A DNA stretch of 64,000 bases from an uncultured Acidobacteriota bacterium (GCA_963813155.1 CAWEYG010000002.1:544001-608000), one strand, 5' to 3'; shown: positions 19,382-29,508, numbered from the stretch's first letter. Notes: generated by a model from the sequence alone, not told the origin. Program-made: numbers and translations.

Positions 19382-19914
19382 ATTCCGTTTTCCTCTTCTC
19401 CCGCGAGGATTCGCAGCAGCCGCGACCGGGCGCGCGCGAGACGCGACATCACCGTGCCGATCGGCGCCCCGACGATCGAGGCGATTTCCTTGTACGACAA
19501 GCCCTCCTGCTCCCGAAGAATCATCACTTCCCGAAGGTGGGGCGGAAGGTCCTCGAGCGCCGAGCGCAGCCGTTGAAAATCGATCCGTATCGTCGCGAGG
19601 GCCTCGGGGTCCCGCGCGTCCTCCTCCGCCGTGTGCCGTTCCTCGTCGAACGGCGTCGCGCTGTCGGCGAACCGGTTGCGGTCTCTCCACGTCGCGCAGC
19701 AATTCCGCACGATCGCGAGCAGCCACGAGCGGCCATCGCCGCCCCGGTAGCCGCCGAAGAACTTCCACGCGCGCAGGATCGCCTCCTGGACGACGTCCTG
19801 AGCATCCACGTCGCTGCGGGTCAGCCAGCGCGCGAGGTTGTAGGCGGAAGAAAGATGCGGCAGAACGATCGTCTCGAACCGCGCCTGCACCAGACTCTCC
19901 GCTGAATCCTTCAT
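19378..19914 (-). CDS. ECF RNA polymerase sigma factor
   Basis: AYNLARWL, DAQDVVQEA, SWLLAIVRN, GTVMSRLARAR. Confidence 0.94.
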   Translation of the reverse strand: MKDSAESLVQARFETIVLPHLSSAYNLARWLTRSDVDAQDVVQEAILRAWKFFGGYRGGDGRSWLLAIVRNCCATWRDRNRFADSATPFDEERHTAEEDARDPEALATIRIDFQRLRSALEDLPPHLREVMILREQEGLSYKEIASIVGAPIGTVMSRLARARSRLLRILAGEEENGI

Positions 19915-19989
19915 CTCTCCGAGCTCGGCGTCGATCTTATCTCCGCCGCTCGCCCGGACCGCGAACTGCAAGGTCTGCCTCCGCCTTCC

Positions 19990-20016
19990 AGACCGGCGCA
20001 GGTCCCTTTTTATTCC
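19990..20016 (-). promoter_or_regulatory. ECF promoter (autoregulatory, sigma/anti-sigma operon)
   Basis: GGAATAA-N16-GTCT on minus strand. Confidence 0.7.
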
Positions 20017-20041
20017 CTGCGGAGAAAGAGCGCCCGGCGAT

Positions 20042-20068
20042 GGAATAACCACGCCGTCTCCCCCGTCT
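20042..20068 (+). promoter_or_regulatory. ECF promoter of metallophosphoesterase operon
   Basis: GGAATAA-N16-GTCT, same boxes and spacing as the divergent copy. Confidence 0.7.
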
Positions 20069-20091
20069 CCTCGTCCAGCAAGGAGGCAGGG

Positions 20092-21069
20092 ATGAAAGAA
20101 ACCGATCGCCGGTCATTTCTGAAAATCGCGGGAGCATCCATCGGCGTGGGCGCGCTTCTGAAGTTCGCCCCCGCTCTCGGAGCGAGCCCCGCGGGCGCCG
20201 AGCTCGCAAGAATGATCAAAGGCAAGACGGGCGAGGCGCCGCGCCCGTTTTCGTTCGTGCAATTGAGCGACACGCATGTCGGATTCAACGGGCCGCCGAA
20301 CCCGCTCGGAACGCGCGCGTTCGAAGAGGCGGTCAAAACGATCAACGCGCTGCCCGAGGCGCCGGACCTCATCCTCTTTACCGGAGACCTGACGCACGAT
20401 TCGGAAGACCGCGCCGAGCACGCCGCGCGCATGAACAAGTTTCGGGAGATCGCTCAACGCCTGAACGTCAAGAACGTGAAGCTCATCCCGGGAGAGCACG
20501 ATGCCGGCCTCGACGGCGGCGCGCTCTTCCGGGACGTCTTCGGAGAGACCCACTACTCCTTCGATCACAAGGGAGTGCACTTCGTCGCGCTCGACAACGT
20601 GTCGCGCGCGAAACCCGAGGTCGGCCCCGAACAACTCGCCTGGCTGAAGAAGGATATCGCCCGCTTCGACCCGGCGGCTCCGATCGTCCTCTTCACGCAC
20701 AGGCCGCTGTTCGACCTGAAGCCGGAGTGGGAGTGGTTCACGAGCGACGGCGACGACGTCATGAACGCGGTCGCGCCCTACCGCAACCTCACGGTCCTCT
20801 ACGGCCACATTCATCGCCGGCAGGTGACTCAGCTCGGCGGCGCGACGCACTACGGCGCGAATTCCCTGATCTTCGCGTTTCCCGATCCCGACGCCGGCGT
20901 CGAGAAGAAACCGCTTCCGTTCGACAAGTCTCGCCCGTTCGCGAACCTCGGCGTCCGGCGAGTCCGCGAGGGCGGGCCGGCCGTCGGCATCGAGGAAATC
21001 GAGCTGACGGCGCGGGAGTTCGCCGGCACCGCCGGAATCCAGCAATTCTCGAGAAAGGAGATCGTATGA
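20092..21069 (+). CDS. Tat-exported metallophosphoesterase
   Basis: DRRSFLK Tat motif; DTH, GDLTHD, GEHD, THRP, GHIH. Confidence 0.92.
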   Translation: MKETDRRSFLKIAGASIGVGALLKFAPALGASPAGAELARMIKGKTGEAPRPFSFVQLSDTHVGFNGPPNPLGTRAFEEAVKTINALPEAPDLILFTGDLTHDSEDRAEHAARMNKFREIAQRLNVKNVKLIPGEHDAGLDGGALFRDVFGETHYSFDHKGVHFVALDNVSRAKPEVGPEQLAWLKKDIARFDPAAPIVLFTHRPLFDLKPEWEWFTSDGDDVMNAVAPYRNLTVLYGHIHRRQVTQLGGATHYGANSLIFAFPDPDAGVEKKPLPFDKSRPFANLGVRRVREGGPAVGIEEIELTAREFAGTAGIQQFSRKEIV

Positions 21070-21422
21070 AGAAGGCAATTTTCCTCGGCGCCGCGATTGG
21101 CGCGTGCGTCCTTTCCCTCTCCGGCAGCCGCGCGTCGGCCGAAGGCGAGCCGAAAGTCATTCCCATCACCGCGAAGCGGTTCGAATTCCTGCCGCACGAG
21201 CTGAAGCTCAAGAAGGGAGAAACCGTCACGTTTCACCTCACGAGCGAAGACGTGCAACACGGGTTCTTCAACCGGAAGCTGAAGATCGACGCGGACATTC
21301 CCGCCGGCCAGTCGGCCGACGTCACGATCACGCCGCAACAGGAGGGAAAGTTCCTGATCATCTGCGATCACTTCTGCGGCGCCCAGCACGGAAACATGCA
21401 CATGTCGGTCGAAGTGGAGTGA
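21066..21422 (+). CDS. Cupredoxin (CuA-type, CoxII-like)
   Basis: DVQHG and CDHFCGAQHGNM. Confidence 0.9.
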   Translation: MKKAIFLGAAIGACVLSLSGSRASAEGEPKVIPITAKRFEFLPHELKLKKGETVTFHLTSEDVQHGFFNRKLKIDADIPAGQSADVTITPQQEGKFLIICDHFCGAQHGNMHMSVEVE

Positions 21423-21490
21423 GCCATGGGAATTCTCGAACCGGATCCGGCAGAGCCGCCGGGCGGCGAGAATCCGCAGGGGCGCCTGCC

Positions 21491-22012
21491 GTGAGGTTTC
21501 TCTCCGGCGTCCTCGCGAGCCTGCTCGGGATGGCTCTCACCGCGGCGGTGCTCGCCTTTTCGGGCGTGATCTCGGTCGCGGCCGACCAGTACGGATCCCT
21601 CGACGCCCGGGTCGACTCCGCGCTGAACAGCGCGTCTCGCGCGTCGATTCGCCGGCATGCTTCCCGCGGGAGAGATCCGTTCGGCGACGACCGGGCCGCC
21701 GCCGTCGAAGGGCTTTCGGAATTCCGGCAAAATTGCATCGCCTGTCATGGCGCGGGAAGAATCCCGCCCGGGGAATTCGCCGCGGGAATGAACCCGGGAG
21801 CTCCGTCGCTCGCCTCCAACGAGATCCAATCGATGAGCGATGGTGAGCTCTTCTGGGTGATCTCGCATGGAATCCGCGCCACGGGTATGCCCGCGTTTTC
21901 CACCACGAAGGACGAGAAAGAGATCTGGAGGATCGTTGCGTTCACCCGGCACCTGCCGAGATTGACCGCTGAAGAGGCGCAGCTTCTCCGCGCCGTGGAT
22001 GCCGATCGATAA
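21491..22012 (+). CDS. Membrane-anchored cytochrome c
   Basis: CIACH, SDGELFWVISHGIRATGMPAF. Confidence 0.88.
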   Translation: MRFLSGVLASLLGMALTAAVLAFSGVISVAADQYGSLDARVDSALNSASRASIRRHASRGRDPFGDDRAAAVEGLSEFRQNCIACHGAGRIPPGEFAAGMNPGAPSLASNEIQSMSDGELFWVISHGIRATGMPAFSTTKDEKEIWRIVAFTRHLPRLTAEEAQLLRAVDADR

Positions 22013-22018
22013 AAGAAA

Positions 22019-22049
22019 CTGCCGGGGGGAAAGAAAATCCCCCCGGCAG
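22019..22049. terminator. Hairpin between convergent genes
   Basis: CTGCCGGGGGGA-loop-TCCCCCCGGCAG. Confidence 0.75.
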
Positions 22050-22074
22050 AGTCACGAAAGAACGACGAGCCTCA

Positions 22075-22437
22075 CTACTCCCAGTACGGCGTGTAACCGT
22101 AGTAGGCGTAGATCTTCGTCGCGTAGCCGCGGTCCGCGATGTCGGGCCAGTGGGTTTTGTCGAACCCGGGCGCGTTCTTCAGAATGTTCTTGTCGGCGTT
22201 GACGACAAAGTCGCCATGGTCGGCGTCGAAATTCAGCGCCCTCGGCGGGATGGCGAACAGCTTGTTTCCGATGTGCAGGAACCCCCCGAACGAGAGCACC
22301 GCATACGCGATACGGCCCGTTTCGAGGTCCAGCACGAAATCCTCGATCTTTCCCAGCTTCTCGCCGGCCGTGTCCCTGACTTCGCGGCCGATTATCGCGG
22401 TGACGGATCGCGATTTCATTTCAACCAGAGTTTGCAT
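22075..22437 (-). CDS. PRC-barrel domain protein
   Basis: GEKLGKIEDFVLD...GRIAYAVLSFGGFL...LKNAPGFD..WPD. Confidence 0.92.
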   Translation of the reverse strand: MQTLVEMKSRSVTAIIGREVRDTAGEKLGKIEDFVLDLETGRIAYAVLSFGGFLHIGNKLFAIPPRALNFDADHGDFVVNADKNILKNAPGFDKTHWPDIADRGYATKIYAYYGYTPYWE

Positions 22438-22457
22438 TGGATAAACCTCCGATCGGT

Positions 22458-22637
22458 TCAGAACCGGGGCTCGCGCGGCGAGCCCTCGTCCGGTTTTCTC
22501 ATGGGATCTTCGTGCTTCTTTTCGCCGCGAAAATCCCGGTCGCGACTGCTTCCGGGCGACTCTTTCCCGCCCTGACCCGGCGATTCCTTCGCGCCGCGGT
22601 CCCGGGCCGGGTCTTCGTAACTCTTGTTGCGTGACAT
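22458..22637 (-). CDS. Small hydrophilic 59-aa protein (not in ORF track)
   Basis: AAAGGAG RBS, MSRNKSYEDPARDRG...PREPRF*, co-oriented with PRC-barrel gene. Confidence 0.55.
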   Translation of the reverse strand: MSRNKSYEDPARDRGAKESPGQGGKESPGSSRDRDFRGEKKHEDPMRKPDEGSPREPRF

Positions 22638-22706
22638 CTCGAACTCCTTTCGAGGCCTCCTGGCCTGTTGAAAAGACGGAGCCCCATTGCTCCCGGACGA
22701 GAACGC

Positions 22707-22722
22707 AGCAAGATCCGTTCCG
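22707..22722 (-). promoter_or_regulatory. sigma54-like promoter
   Basis: CGGAACGGATCTTGCT. Confidence 0.5.
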
Positions 22723-22790
22723 GAAATCCAGGGCGAAAACCGGGAATATCCGCGCGTGCGCTAAGATCGGCGCGGACGGGAGGACGCCCG

Positions 22791-23342
22791 ATGTTCTGGA
22801 GACCAAGGCCTCGGCGCGCCTACCGCGCGAGTGTACGGCCGGTGCTTCTGTCGCTCTCGCGCCGTCCCCGGCCGGCCGCAGCGGACGAGGAGCGGATGAA
22901 CGATCTCGCGGAATTCACCCGCGCGAGCCTCGCCACGGAGAACCCGACGGCCTACGGAGCGCAGGTGGTCGACACGGCGACGGGGCGCATCGTCGCGCGG
23001 GCGCGAAACGGGGTCCTCGCGACGGGGGACCCCACGGCGCACGCCGAGGTGCTCGCGATTCGCGAAGCGTGCCGCGAGCTCGGCGTTCTCGATCTTTCGG
23101 CGTTCACACTCGACACGACCTGCGAGCCGTGCGCGATGTGCATGGGTGCGGCGCTCTGGGCGCGGGTCGGCCGCCTCGTGTACGGATTCACCCTCGGCGA
23201 TTCCGCCGGATACTTCCCGGAAACTTCCCTCTCCGCGAGGTCGATTGCGGCCCGCTCGCCCATCGCGTGCGCCGTCGTCGGCCCCGTGGCCCGCGGCGCC
23301 TGCCTCGCGGTTCTTCGGGACGCGATCGATCTCTCCCGTTAG
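22791..23342 (+). CDS. Nucleoside/nucleotide deaminase (TadA/guanine deaminase-like); start uncertain
   Basis: DPTAHAE and CEPCAMC zinc motifs. Confidence 0.88.
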   Translation: MFWRPRPRRAYRASVRPVLLSLSRRPRPAAADEERMNDLAEFTRASLATENPTAYGAQVVDTATGRIVARARNGVLATGDPTAHAEVLAIREACRELGVLDLSAFTLDTTCEPCAMCMGAALWARVGRLVYGFTLGDSAGYFPETSLSARSIAARSPIACAVVGPVARGACLAVLRDAIDLSR

Positions 23343-23391
23343 GCCGGCCGCGCTTCGATTACGAGAAAATACGATCGACTGACCGCGAGTC

Positions 23392-23407
23392 CGGCACCCC
23401 GCTTGCA
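23392..23407 (+). promoter_or_regulatory. sigma54 promoter
   Basis: CGGCACCCCGCTTGCA. Confidence 0.65.
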
Positions 23408-23458
23408 GAAGGCGAGGGCGGGGAAACGCGATCGAGCGGACTCCCCGGGAGGTGAAAG

Positions 23459-24067
23459 GTGAAACGACTCGCGATCATTCCGTTATTCGTTTTCGGCGTC
23501 CTCGCAGCCCGCGCTGTGTCGGCCCAGGGCACAGGTCCGGTCCAATTCGGGCTGAGCGGCGGTGCGGACTTTCCCGTCTCCGACCAGAAAGACGTCTACA
23601 AGACCGGCTGGAATGGAACGGCGCTCCTCGCCTTCAATTTCGGCGCCTCGCCCGTGGGTCTTCGAATCGACGGCTCGTACCACGAGCTCACGACGAAGAG
23701 CGACCTCGAGGCGTTCTTCGTGGGCTCCGGCAAGACGCGCATCATCGACGGAACGGTCGACCTGGTGGCGGGACCCCGCGGCCTCGTCGTCGAGCCCTAT
23801 TTCATCGGAGGCGTCGGGGCGTACGACCTGCGTTTCCGAGGAGAGGACATCACGACCGGGAACTCGTTTTCCCAGAGCACGACTCGCTTCGGATGGAACG
23901 CCGGCGTCGGAGTCGCGTTCCCTCTCGCGCGCGACTCGTCCAGCCGGCTTTTCGTAGAAGCCCGCTACACGAGCGTTTCCGTCGACTCGGACCGGTTCTC
24001 CAACAGCCTCCACACGGGCGGAAACCGGTTCAAGTTCGTGCCCGTGAACCTCGGCATTCTGTTCTGA
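23459..24067 (+). CDS. Outer membrane beta-barrel protein
   Basis: Signal peptide, PYFIGGVG, GWNAGVG, FVEARY, terminal Phe. Confidence 0.88.
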   Translation: MKRLAIIPLFVFGVLAARAVSAQGTGPVQFGLSGGADFPVSDQKDVYKTGWNGTALLAFNFGASPVGLRIDGSYHELTTKSDLEAFFVGSGKTRIIDGTVDLVAGPRGLVVEPYFIGGVGAYDLRFRGEDITTGNSFSQSTTRFGWNAGVGVAFPLARDSSSRLFVEARYTSVSVDSDRFSNSLHTGGNRFKFVPVNLGILF

Positions 24068-24071
24068 GAAT

Positions 24072-24827
24072 TCAGCCCCGCCGGGCTTCGACGATCACGA
24101 AACGGGGCACACTCGAACGAAGGGCCCGAAGCGCCGGGTCCGGCTCGTCGGCGCCGGGATCCGTTCGCGGTTCGAGGAGGCGGAGGACGACGAGGTCGCA
24201 CGTGCGCAAGGCCTCGAAATAGTCGGTCAGGCTCCGATGATAGTAGTTGTGGCCGCCTTCGAAGTCCGTCCTGCGAACGACCGCCGGATCGAGATAGCCG
24301 GTGACCTTGAGGAAAGGCCGCCCGGTCAGCTCGTCGCGCGCGATTTCAGACCCGGCGAAACCAGGGTGCAGGATCGAAAAGATGAACCGGCCGCGCCGTT
24401 TGAGGCATCGGCGCACGTCCCGAAACAAGGGGGCGATGTCCGGGATGTCCAGGACGAGCATATGCGCGAGGATCAGATCGAAGCTCCGCGTCGGGTACGG
24501 AAGGCCGAGCGAGAGGTCCCCCCGCCGGAACTCGACCCCGGGACAGGCTTCTCGCGCCAGCCGCAGCATCTCGGCTGCACCGTCGATCCCGCGCACCCGC
24601 GCGCCCGCGTCCTTGAGGGCGCGCGTCATCCAGCCCGGGCCGCAGCCCGTGTCCAGGACGCGGCGGCGGCGGACATTTCCGACGACCTTCCAGAAGACTT
24701 CCGCGGATTGCAGGAGCATCCGACCGTCGGGTGAATCTCCACGTTGGAGGTAACTCGCCGCGATTCGCTCCCAGTCGGCGAGATCGCGGCGCACCGCCTC
24801 ACTGATCTCCGGGCCTTCCGTGCCCAT
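24072..24827 (-). CDS. Class I SAM-dependent methyltransferase
   Basis: VLDTGCGPG, FDLI, LKRRGRFIFSILHP. Confidence 0.9.
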   Translation of the reverse strand: MGTEGPEISEAVRRDLADWERIAASYLQRGDSPDGRMLLQSAEVFWKVVGNVRRRRVLDTGCGPGWMTRALKDAGARVRGIDGAAEMLRLAREACPGVEFRRGDLSLGLPYPTRSFDLILAHMLVLDIPDIAPLFRDVRRCLKRRGRFIFSILHPGFAGSEIARDELTGRPFLKVTGYLDPAVVRRTDFEGGHNYYHRSLTDYFEALRTCDLVVLRLLEPRTDPGADEPDPALRALRSSVPRFVIVEARRG

Positions 24828-24831
24828 GGCT

Positions 24832-26145
24832 TCAGCGGCGGGGGACGGGACGGTACTGTGGCGGCAGAGCGCCGTCTCCCCGAAGCTGGTTGAGATACCG
24901 GTCGCGCAGCAGCGTCTGGCGGCTCACCATCGGGATCTTCCGGCCGTCGATGAACACCTGCTCGGCGGCCGTCGTCACCTCCAGCGGGTCGCCGCTCCAC
25001 AAGACCACGTCGGCGTCCTTCCCCGGGGCGATCGAACCGGTTCGGCCGTCGAGTCCGTAGATCCGCGCAGGATTGAGCATGATCGCCTTGAGTCCGTCCT
25101 CGTAGGGCAGGCCGTTGGCGACCGCGTTGCCGGCGAGCTGCGTCAAATTGCGGGCGTTGTGGGAATCGCCCGTCTCGAACGCAATGACGACGCCCGCCCT
25201 TGCGAGCCGGGCCGCGTTCTCGAGCGTCGACCCGAGCGCCTCGAACGCCGACGGAAGGTCCTGGAGCGGATTCAACACGACGGGAACCCGCGCGCTCGCG
25301 AGCTCCGCGGCGACGAGGGAGGCCTCCGCGCCGCCCGACACGACGAGATGGAGCTTGAATTCCCGCGCAAGGCCGATCGCCGCGAGAATGTCGCTCGCGC
25401 GCTCGACCGAGACCACGAGAGGAATCTTTCCCAAGAGCACGTCGCCGAGCGCCTCGAGGTCCGCCCGATCGAGCAGGTACGGCCGCCGGCGCGCGGAGTC
25501 GTACGCGCTCCGATTTTCGCGAAAATCCCGCGCGTCCCGCAGCGCTTCGCGGAGATACAGCATCGAGGCCGCGCGCGATCCGCCGGACAGCTCGGCACCC
25601 GCTTCCCCGAACGCGACGAACATCGCGGCGGGGCTCTTGCGGACATAGCGATCCGTCGAGCCGAGGCTCACGATTGCGCCGAGCCCCGCGATGATCGTTC
25701 CTTTGTCCGTGACGGCGGGGGCGACCATGGCGGTCGTGACCCCGGCGATCCGGTTGACGGGAATCAGCATCGAACGCGGGTTGATCGCGGGCGTCACGTC
25801 GAATGACGCCGTGAACCGCCGTTCCTCCGTCGAGAAGTCTCTCGTTTGCTTGACCCCGGAAACTTCCTCGATGCCGAACCGGCTGACCGGGTCGAACAGC
25901 CCCGGAGTGACGATCTTCCCGGTCCCGTCGATGCGGGAGGCGCCGGCCGGCACGGCGACATTCGCGCCGACCGCTTCGATCTTTCCGTCGCGCAGAACGA
26001 CGGTCGCATGCTCGATTTTCCCGGCCGCGCCGAGCGTGTACACTGTCGCGTTCGTGATCGCATACGTTTCGCCCTCCGCCCCGACGGAAAAAGACCCGAC
26101 AAGGAGGGCCGCCGCGAAAGCGCCCAGAAGCATTCGTCGATTCAT
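24832..26145 (-). CDS. Secreted amidohydrolase-fold protein lacking HxH metal motif
   Basis: PGLFDPVSRFG in place of DxHxH; GSIAPGKDADVVLWSGDP. Confidence 0.85.
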   Translation of the reverse strand: MNRRMLLGAFAAALLVGSFSVGAEGETYAITNATVYTLGAAGKIEHATVVLRDGKIEAVGANVAVPAGASRIDGTGKIVTPGLFDPVSRFGIEEVSGVKQTRDFSTEERRFTASFDVTPAINPRSMLIPVNRIAGVTTAMVAPAVTDKGTIIAGLGAIVSLGSTDRYVRKSPAAMFVAFGEAGAELSGGSRAASMLYLREALRDARDFRENRSAYDSARRRPYLLDRADLEALGDVLLGKIPLVVSVERASDILAAIGLAREFKLHLVVSGGAEASLVAAELASARVPVVLNPLQDLPSAFEALGSTLENAARLARAGVVIAFETGDSHNARNLTQLAGNAVANGLPYEDGLKAIMLNPARIYGLDGRTGSIAPGKDADVVLWSGDPLEVTTAAEQVFIDGRKIPMVSRQTLLRDRYLNQLRGDGALPPQYRPVPRR

Positions 26146-27629
26146 CGTTCGCCTCCCATGCTCCCGAGCGAAAAATCGGAGCTCGGCTGCCGGCCCGGGT
26201 CGTCCCGGTCGTACGCGAGCGCGCCGTCGATGAAGACCTTCTCCGCCTTCGCGTAAACGCTGAACGGGTCTGCGCTCCAGATCACGACGTCCGCCATTTT
26301 CCCGGGGGCGAGCGAACCGGTGTCCTTGTCGATTCCCAGCGCACGCGCCGGATTGAGGGTCATCCACTCGACGGCCCGCGCCTTCGAGATCTCCAGGCCG
26401 GCGCGGCGCCCCGCTGCCCACGCCTTCGCGACCTCCTGGTTGAGCCGCTGGATCCCGTTGGGATCGTCCGAATGGATCATCGCGCAGGCGCCCCCCGCAT
26501 CGACCATCGAGATGTTCTCCGGAATGCCGTCCCAGGCTTCCATCTTGAAGCCCCACCAGTCCGCCCACATCGACGCGCAGGTTCCGTTCTCCTGCAGGAG
26601 GTCGGGAATCTTGTAGGCCTCGGTCGCGTGGTGGAACGAGGCGATGTGGTAGTGAAATTCCTTCGCGACGTCGAGCATCGTCGCCATCTCGTCGCAGCGG
26701 TAGCAGTGCATCTGGACCCGCATCCGGCCCGCGAGCACCGCGGCGAGCGACTCCAGCCTCAGATCGCGCTTCGGGGGAGCGCCCTTCTTTTCCTTCTCCC
26801 ACGCTTTCCATTTCGCGTCGTAGTCCTGCGCGTCGGCCCAGGCCTGGCGATAGCCGGCCACGTCGCCCATCTCCGTCGAAGGAAACTGCTTGCGAGACCC
26901 GTACACCCGCTTCGGATTTTCTCCGCAGGCCATTTTCAGGCCGTACGGGGCGCCGGGAAACTTCATCGCCTGAACGGTCCGGGCGGGAACGTTCTTGAGA
27001 ACGACGCTCACCCCGCCGATCAGGTTGCCGGAGCCGGGCAGGATCTCGAGCGTCGTGACGCCGCCGGCGCGCGCGGTATGGAACCCCGGGTCCTGCGGCC
27101 AGACGGAATTCTCCGCCCGCACCTGGGCCGTGTCCGGGCTCGTGAGCTCGTTTCCGTTGGACAACGCATCGACCTCCGGGGACGGATAGACGCCGAGGTG
27201 CGAATGGACGTCGATCAACCCGGGCGTGACGTATTTCCCCTTTCCGTTCACGACGACCGCGCCTTCCGGGGCGGAAATCTTCGGCCCGACGGCGACGATC
27301 CGGCCGCCGCTCAGGAGAACGTCGCCCTCCTCGATCTCGCCGCCTTCGCCGGTGTAGATCCGGGCGCCGGAGATGAGAGTCGGCTTCGAGGGGAGCGGCT
27401 TGTACGTCGAAGGGAACGGGTCCGGCGGGAATTCCACTGCGGTTTCTCCCGCCTTTTCGGGCGGCGGAGCCGGCGATGGAGCGTCCCGTTGCGCGTCCTT
27501 TCGCGGAGTGGCCGCGGCGCCCGGGGTGTCTTTGGCGCCGCCCCCGCCCGCCGACGCGCAGGCGCCGAGGAAGGCGGCAGCCGCGATTGCGAGCGACATC
27601 CCCAGAAGATTTCTCCAGTTCCGCGTCAT
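26142..27629 (-). CDS. Lipoprotein amidohydrolase
   Basis: LGAC lipobox; PGLIDVHSH, LKMACGENPKR, HCYR, HSDD. Confidence 0.9.
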   Translation of the reverse strand: MTRNWRNLLGMSLAIAAAAFLGACASAGGGGAKDTPGAAATPRKDAQRDAPSPAPPPEKAGETAVEFPPDPFPSTYKPLPSKPTLISGARIYTGEGGEIEEGDVLLSGGRIVAVGPKISAPEGAVVVNGKGKYVTPGLIDVHSHLGVYPSPEVDALSNGNELTSPDTAQVRAENSVWPQDPGFHTARAGGVTTLEILPGSGNLIGGVSVVLKNVPARTVQAMKFPGAPYGLKMACGENPKRVYGSRKQFPSTEMGDVAGYRQAWADAQDYDAKWKAWEKEKKGAPPKRDLRLESLAAVLAGRMRVQMHCYRCDEMATMLDVAKEFHYHIASFHHATEAYKIPDLLQENGTCASMWADWWGFKMEAWDGIPENISMVDAGGACAMIHSDDPNGIQRLNQEVAKAWAAGRRAGLEISKARAVEWMTLNPARALGIDKDTGSLAPGKMADVVIWSADPFSVYAKAEKVFIDGALAYDRDDPGRQPSSDFSLGSMGGER

Positions 27630-27649
27630 GTGACCTCCGAGCGCGATCG

Positions 27650-28540
27650 TCAAGGTTTGGGCGGAGTGTTCGTCCACTTCTCTCCCGCCGGCCGCCAGTT
27701 CCCGGCAATCCGCGAAAGGCGAACCGTTCCGTATTGCTTTTCGCCTCCCTGCAGGCCCGTCATATAGAGCACGGCCTCGTCGTCCCGGACGTAGCCGTCC
27801 TCGATGACGACCTTCTCCGGGGCCATGGCTGCCATGAGCTCCAGCCCCTTTTTCAGGTCCTCGTCCGACATGTCCGGCATCTCGCCGGGACGGCTCATTT
27901 TCCGGATCGTCGCGAGGTCCTTCCGCAGGATTGCCCGGTGGAGCGCCATCCAGGCCTTCCCCGGCTCGCCGCCGCCGGCCGGAAGCTTCTGTCCGGTCTT
28001 CGCGTCGGGCGCGGGCGGTTCGCGGAACGATTCGCGGAGAACGGCGTGAAAGCGAACGTCGCTCTTGTAGCGGTGCTCGAGGAACTCCTCTTCGTTCGCC
28101 GTCGAAACCGAGCCGGAGATCTCGCCGGCGCTCCGGGAACCGACGCGCACTTCCGAATGCGTCATTCCCGACATCTGAAGGCTTCCCCCGCCGAGCGCCG
28201 AATGGTGGACGACCTCGCGAATCGCGCTGCCGGACTCGTCCAGTTTCAAAAGCAGCGAATTGCCCTCTCCCTGCGCCGCGCTCTCGAGGTCTTTCAGCCC
28301 TTCCAATGCCCGGGCCGGCAGCGGGCCCTCCGTCAAAAGGATCGCCGTGTCGGTTTTTTTCTCGTCGAAATCGCCGGGCTGCGTCATCGCGTAGGCGTGG
28401 TGCAGCGAGACGGCCTTGCCGTCGATCGAAAAACTCCCGGCGGCCTCTCCCGGTGCGAGGGAGTCCGCAGGCGCCGCGGAGGCGAAAGCGGCGAGCGCGC
28501 CGAGGAGGAGCGAGATCGCAACGATCCGGGAGGCGCGCAT
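27650..28540 (-). CDS. Secreted hypothetical protein
   Basis: Signal peptide MRASRIVAISLLLGALAAFASA; natural-looking composition. Confidence 0.75.
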   Translation of the reverse strand: MRASRIVAISLLLGALAAFASAAPADSLAPGEAAGSFSIDGKAVSLHHAYAMTQPGDFDEKKTDTAILLTEGPLPARALEGLKDLESAAQGEGNSLLLKLDESGSAIREVVHHSALGGGSLQMSGMTHSEVRVGSRSAGEISGSVSTANEEEFLEHRYKSDVRFHAVLRESFREPPAPDAKTGQKLPAGGGEPGKAWMALHRAILRKDLATIRKMSRPGEMPDMSDEDLKKGLELMAAMAPEKVVIEDGYVRDDEAVLYMTGLQGGEKQYGTVRLSRIAGNWRPAGEKWTNTPPKP

Positions 28541-28557
28541 CTCGGAGAATCGTAGCA

Positions 28558-29434
28558 TCATGCCCGGCGCCCGGGCGATTCGGAGGCGATCCGGCTCCGG
28601 CCGGCCACGGCGAGCGCGACCCCGCCGAGGATCGCGAGCGACGCGAAGACCAGCCGCGCCGTGATCCCCTCGCCGAGCCACGCGACCGCGCCGGCCGCCG
28701 CGAGGACGGGCACCGCGAGCTGAACGCTCGCCGCGCGGGTCGCCGTGAGACCGGGCAACGCCGCATACCACGCGGCGTACCCGACGCCGGACGCGACGGC
28801 TCCCGAGAGCACGGCAAGGACGATCCCGCGAGGCTGCGCGCGCGACGATCCGACCCATCCGACCATGGCCAGGCTCGTCAGCACGGCGAGCGGTGCGGCC
28901 CGAAGGAAGTTCGCAGCCGTGTCGGCGAGGGGATTTCTCGAGCCGCGACCGCGCAGCGAATAGATCCCCCAGCTCACGCCCGCGACGGCCATGAGGCCCG
29001 AGCCCACGGCCGAGGGGGCCGCGGCGCCGGGCCGGACGAGATATCCCAGGCCGCCGAGCGCGAGAGCCAATCCCGCCCACTGGAGAACGTCCGGCCGCTC
29101 GCCCGAGGCAAGGGCCGAGCCGATCATCGTCGCCTGGACGCAGCCGAAGAGCACGAGCGCGCCGACGCCGGCAGGGATCGTCCGATACGCGAAGGAAAAC
29201 GGCGCGGCATAGAAAAAGAACGCGAGCGCGGACGGCCAGCTCCCGCTCGCGGCGAGGCTCCCGTCCTTTGCCGGCGAGCAGGGCGAGCGCGAGCAGCGCC
29301 GCCGCCCCCGACACGATCCGGATCGCCGTGTAGCTCGCGGCATCGATCGCGTTTCCCCCCAGGGCCAGCCGGCCGAGCAGCGAGTTCGCCGCGAACGCGG
29401 CGAGCGCGAAGACCGTGAAAAACGGCGTGCGCAT
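28558..29434 (-). CDS. DMT/EamA family transporter; frameshift near 29265
   Basis: AFAANSLLGRLAL, FSFAY, GALVLFGCVQATM, SGAVASGVGY split over two frames. Confidence 0.88.
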
Positions 29435-29468
29435 GGTTTCGCCATTATCCGCGAATCGCGAGCGGGGA

Positions 29469-29484
29469 TGGCACAGGCCTTGCT
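29469..29484 (+). promoter_or_regulatory. sigma54 promoter
   Basis: TGGCACAGGCCTTGCT, near consensus. Confidence 0.75.
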
Positions 29485-29508
29485 CCCTCCGATTTCCGGA
29501 GGCATCTC

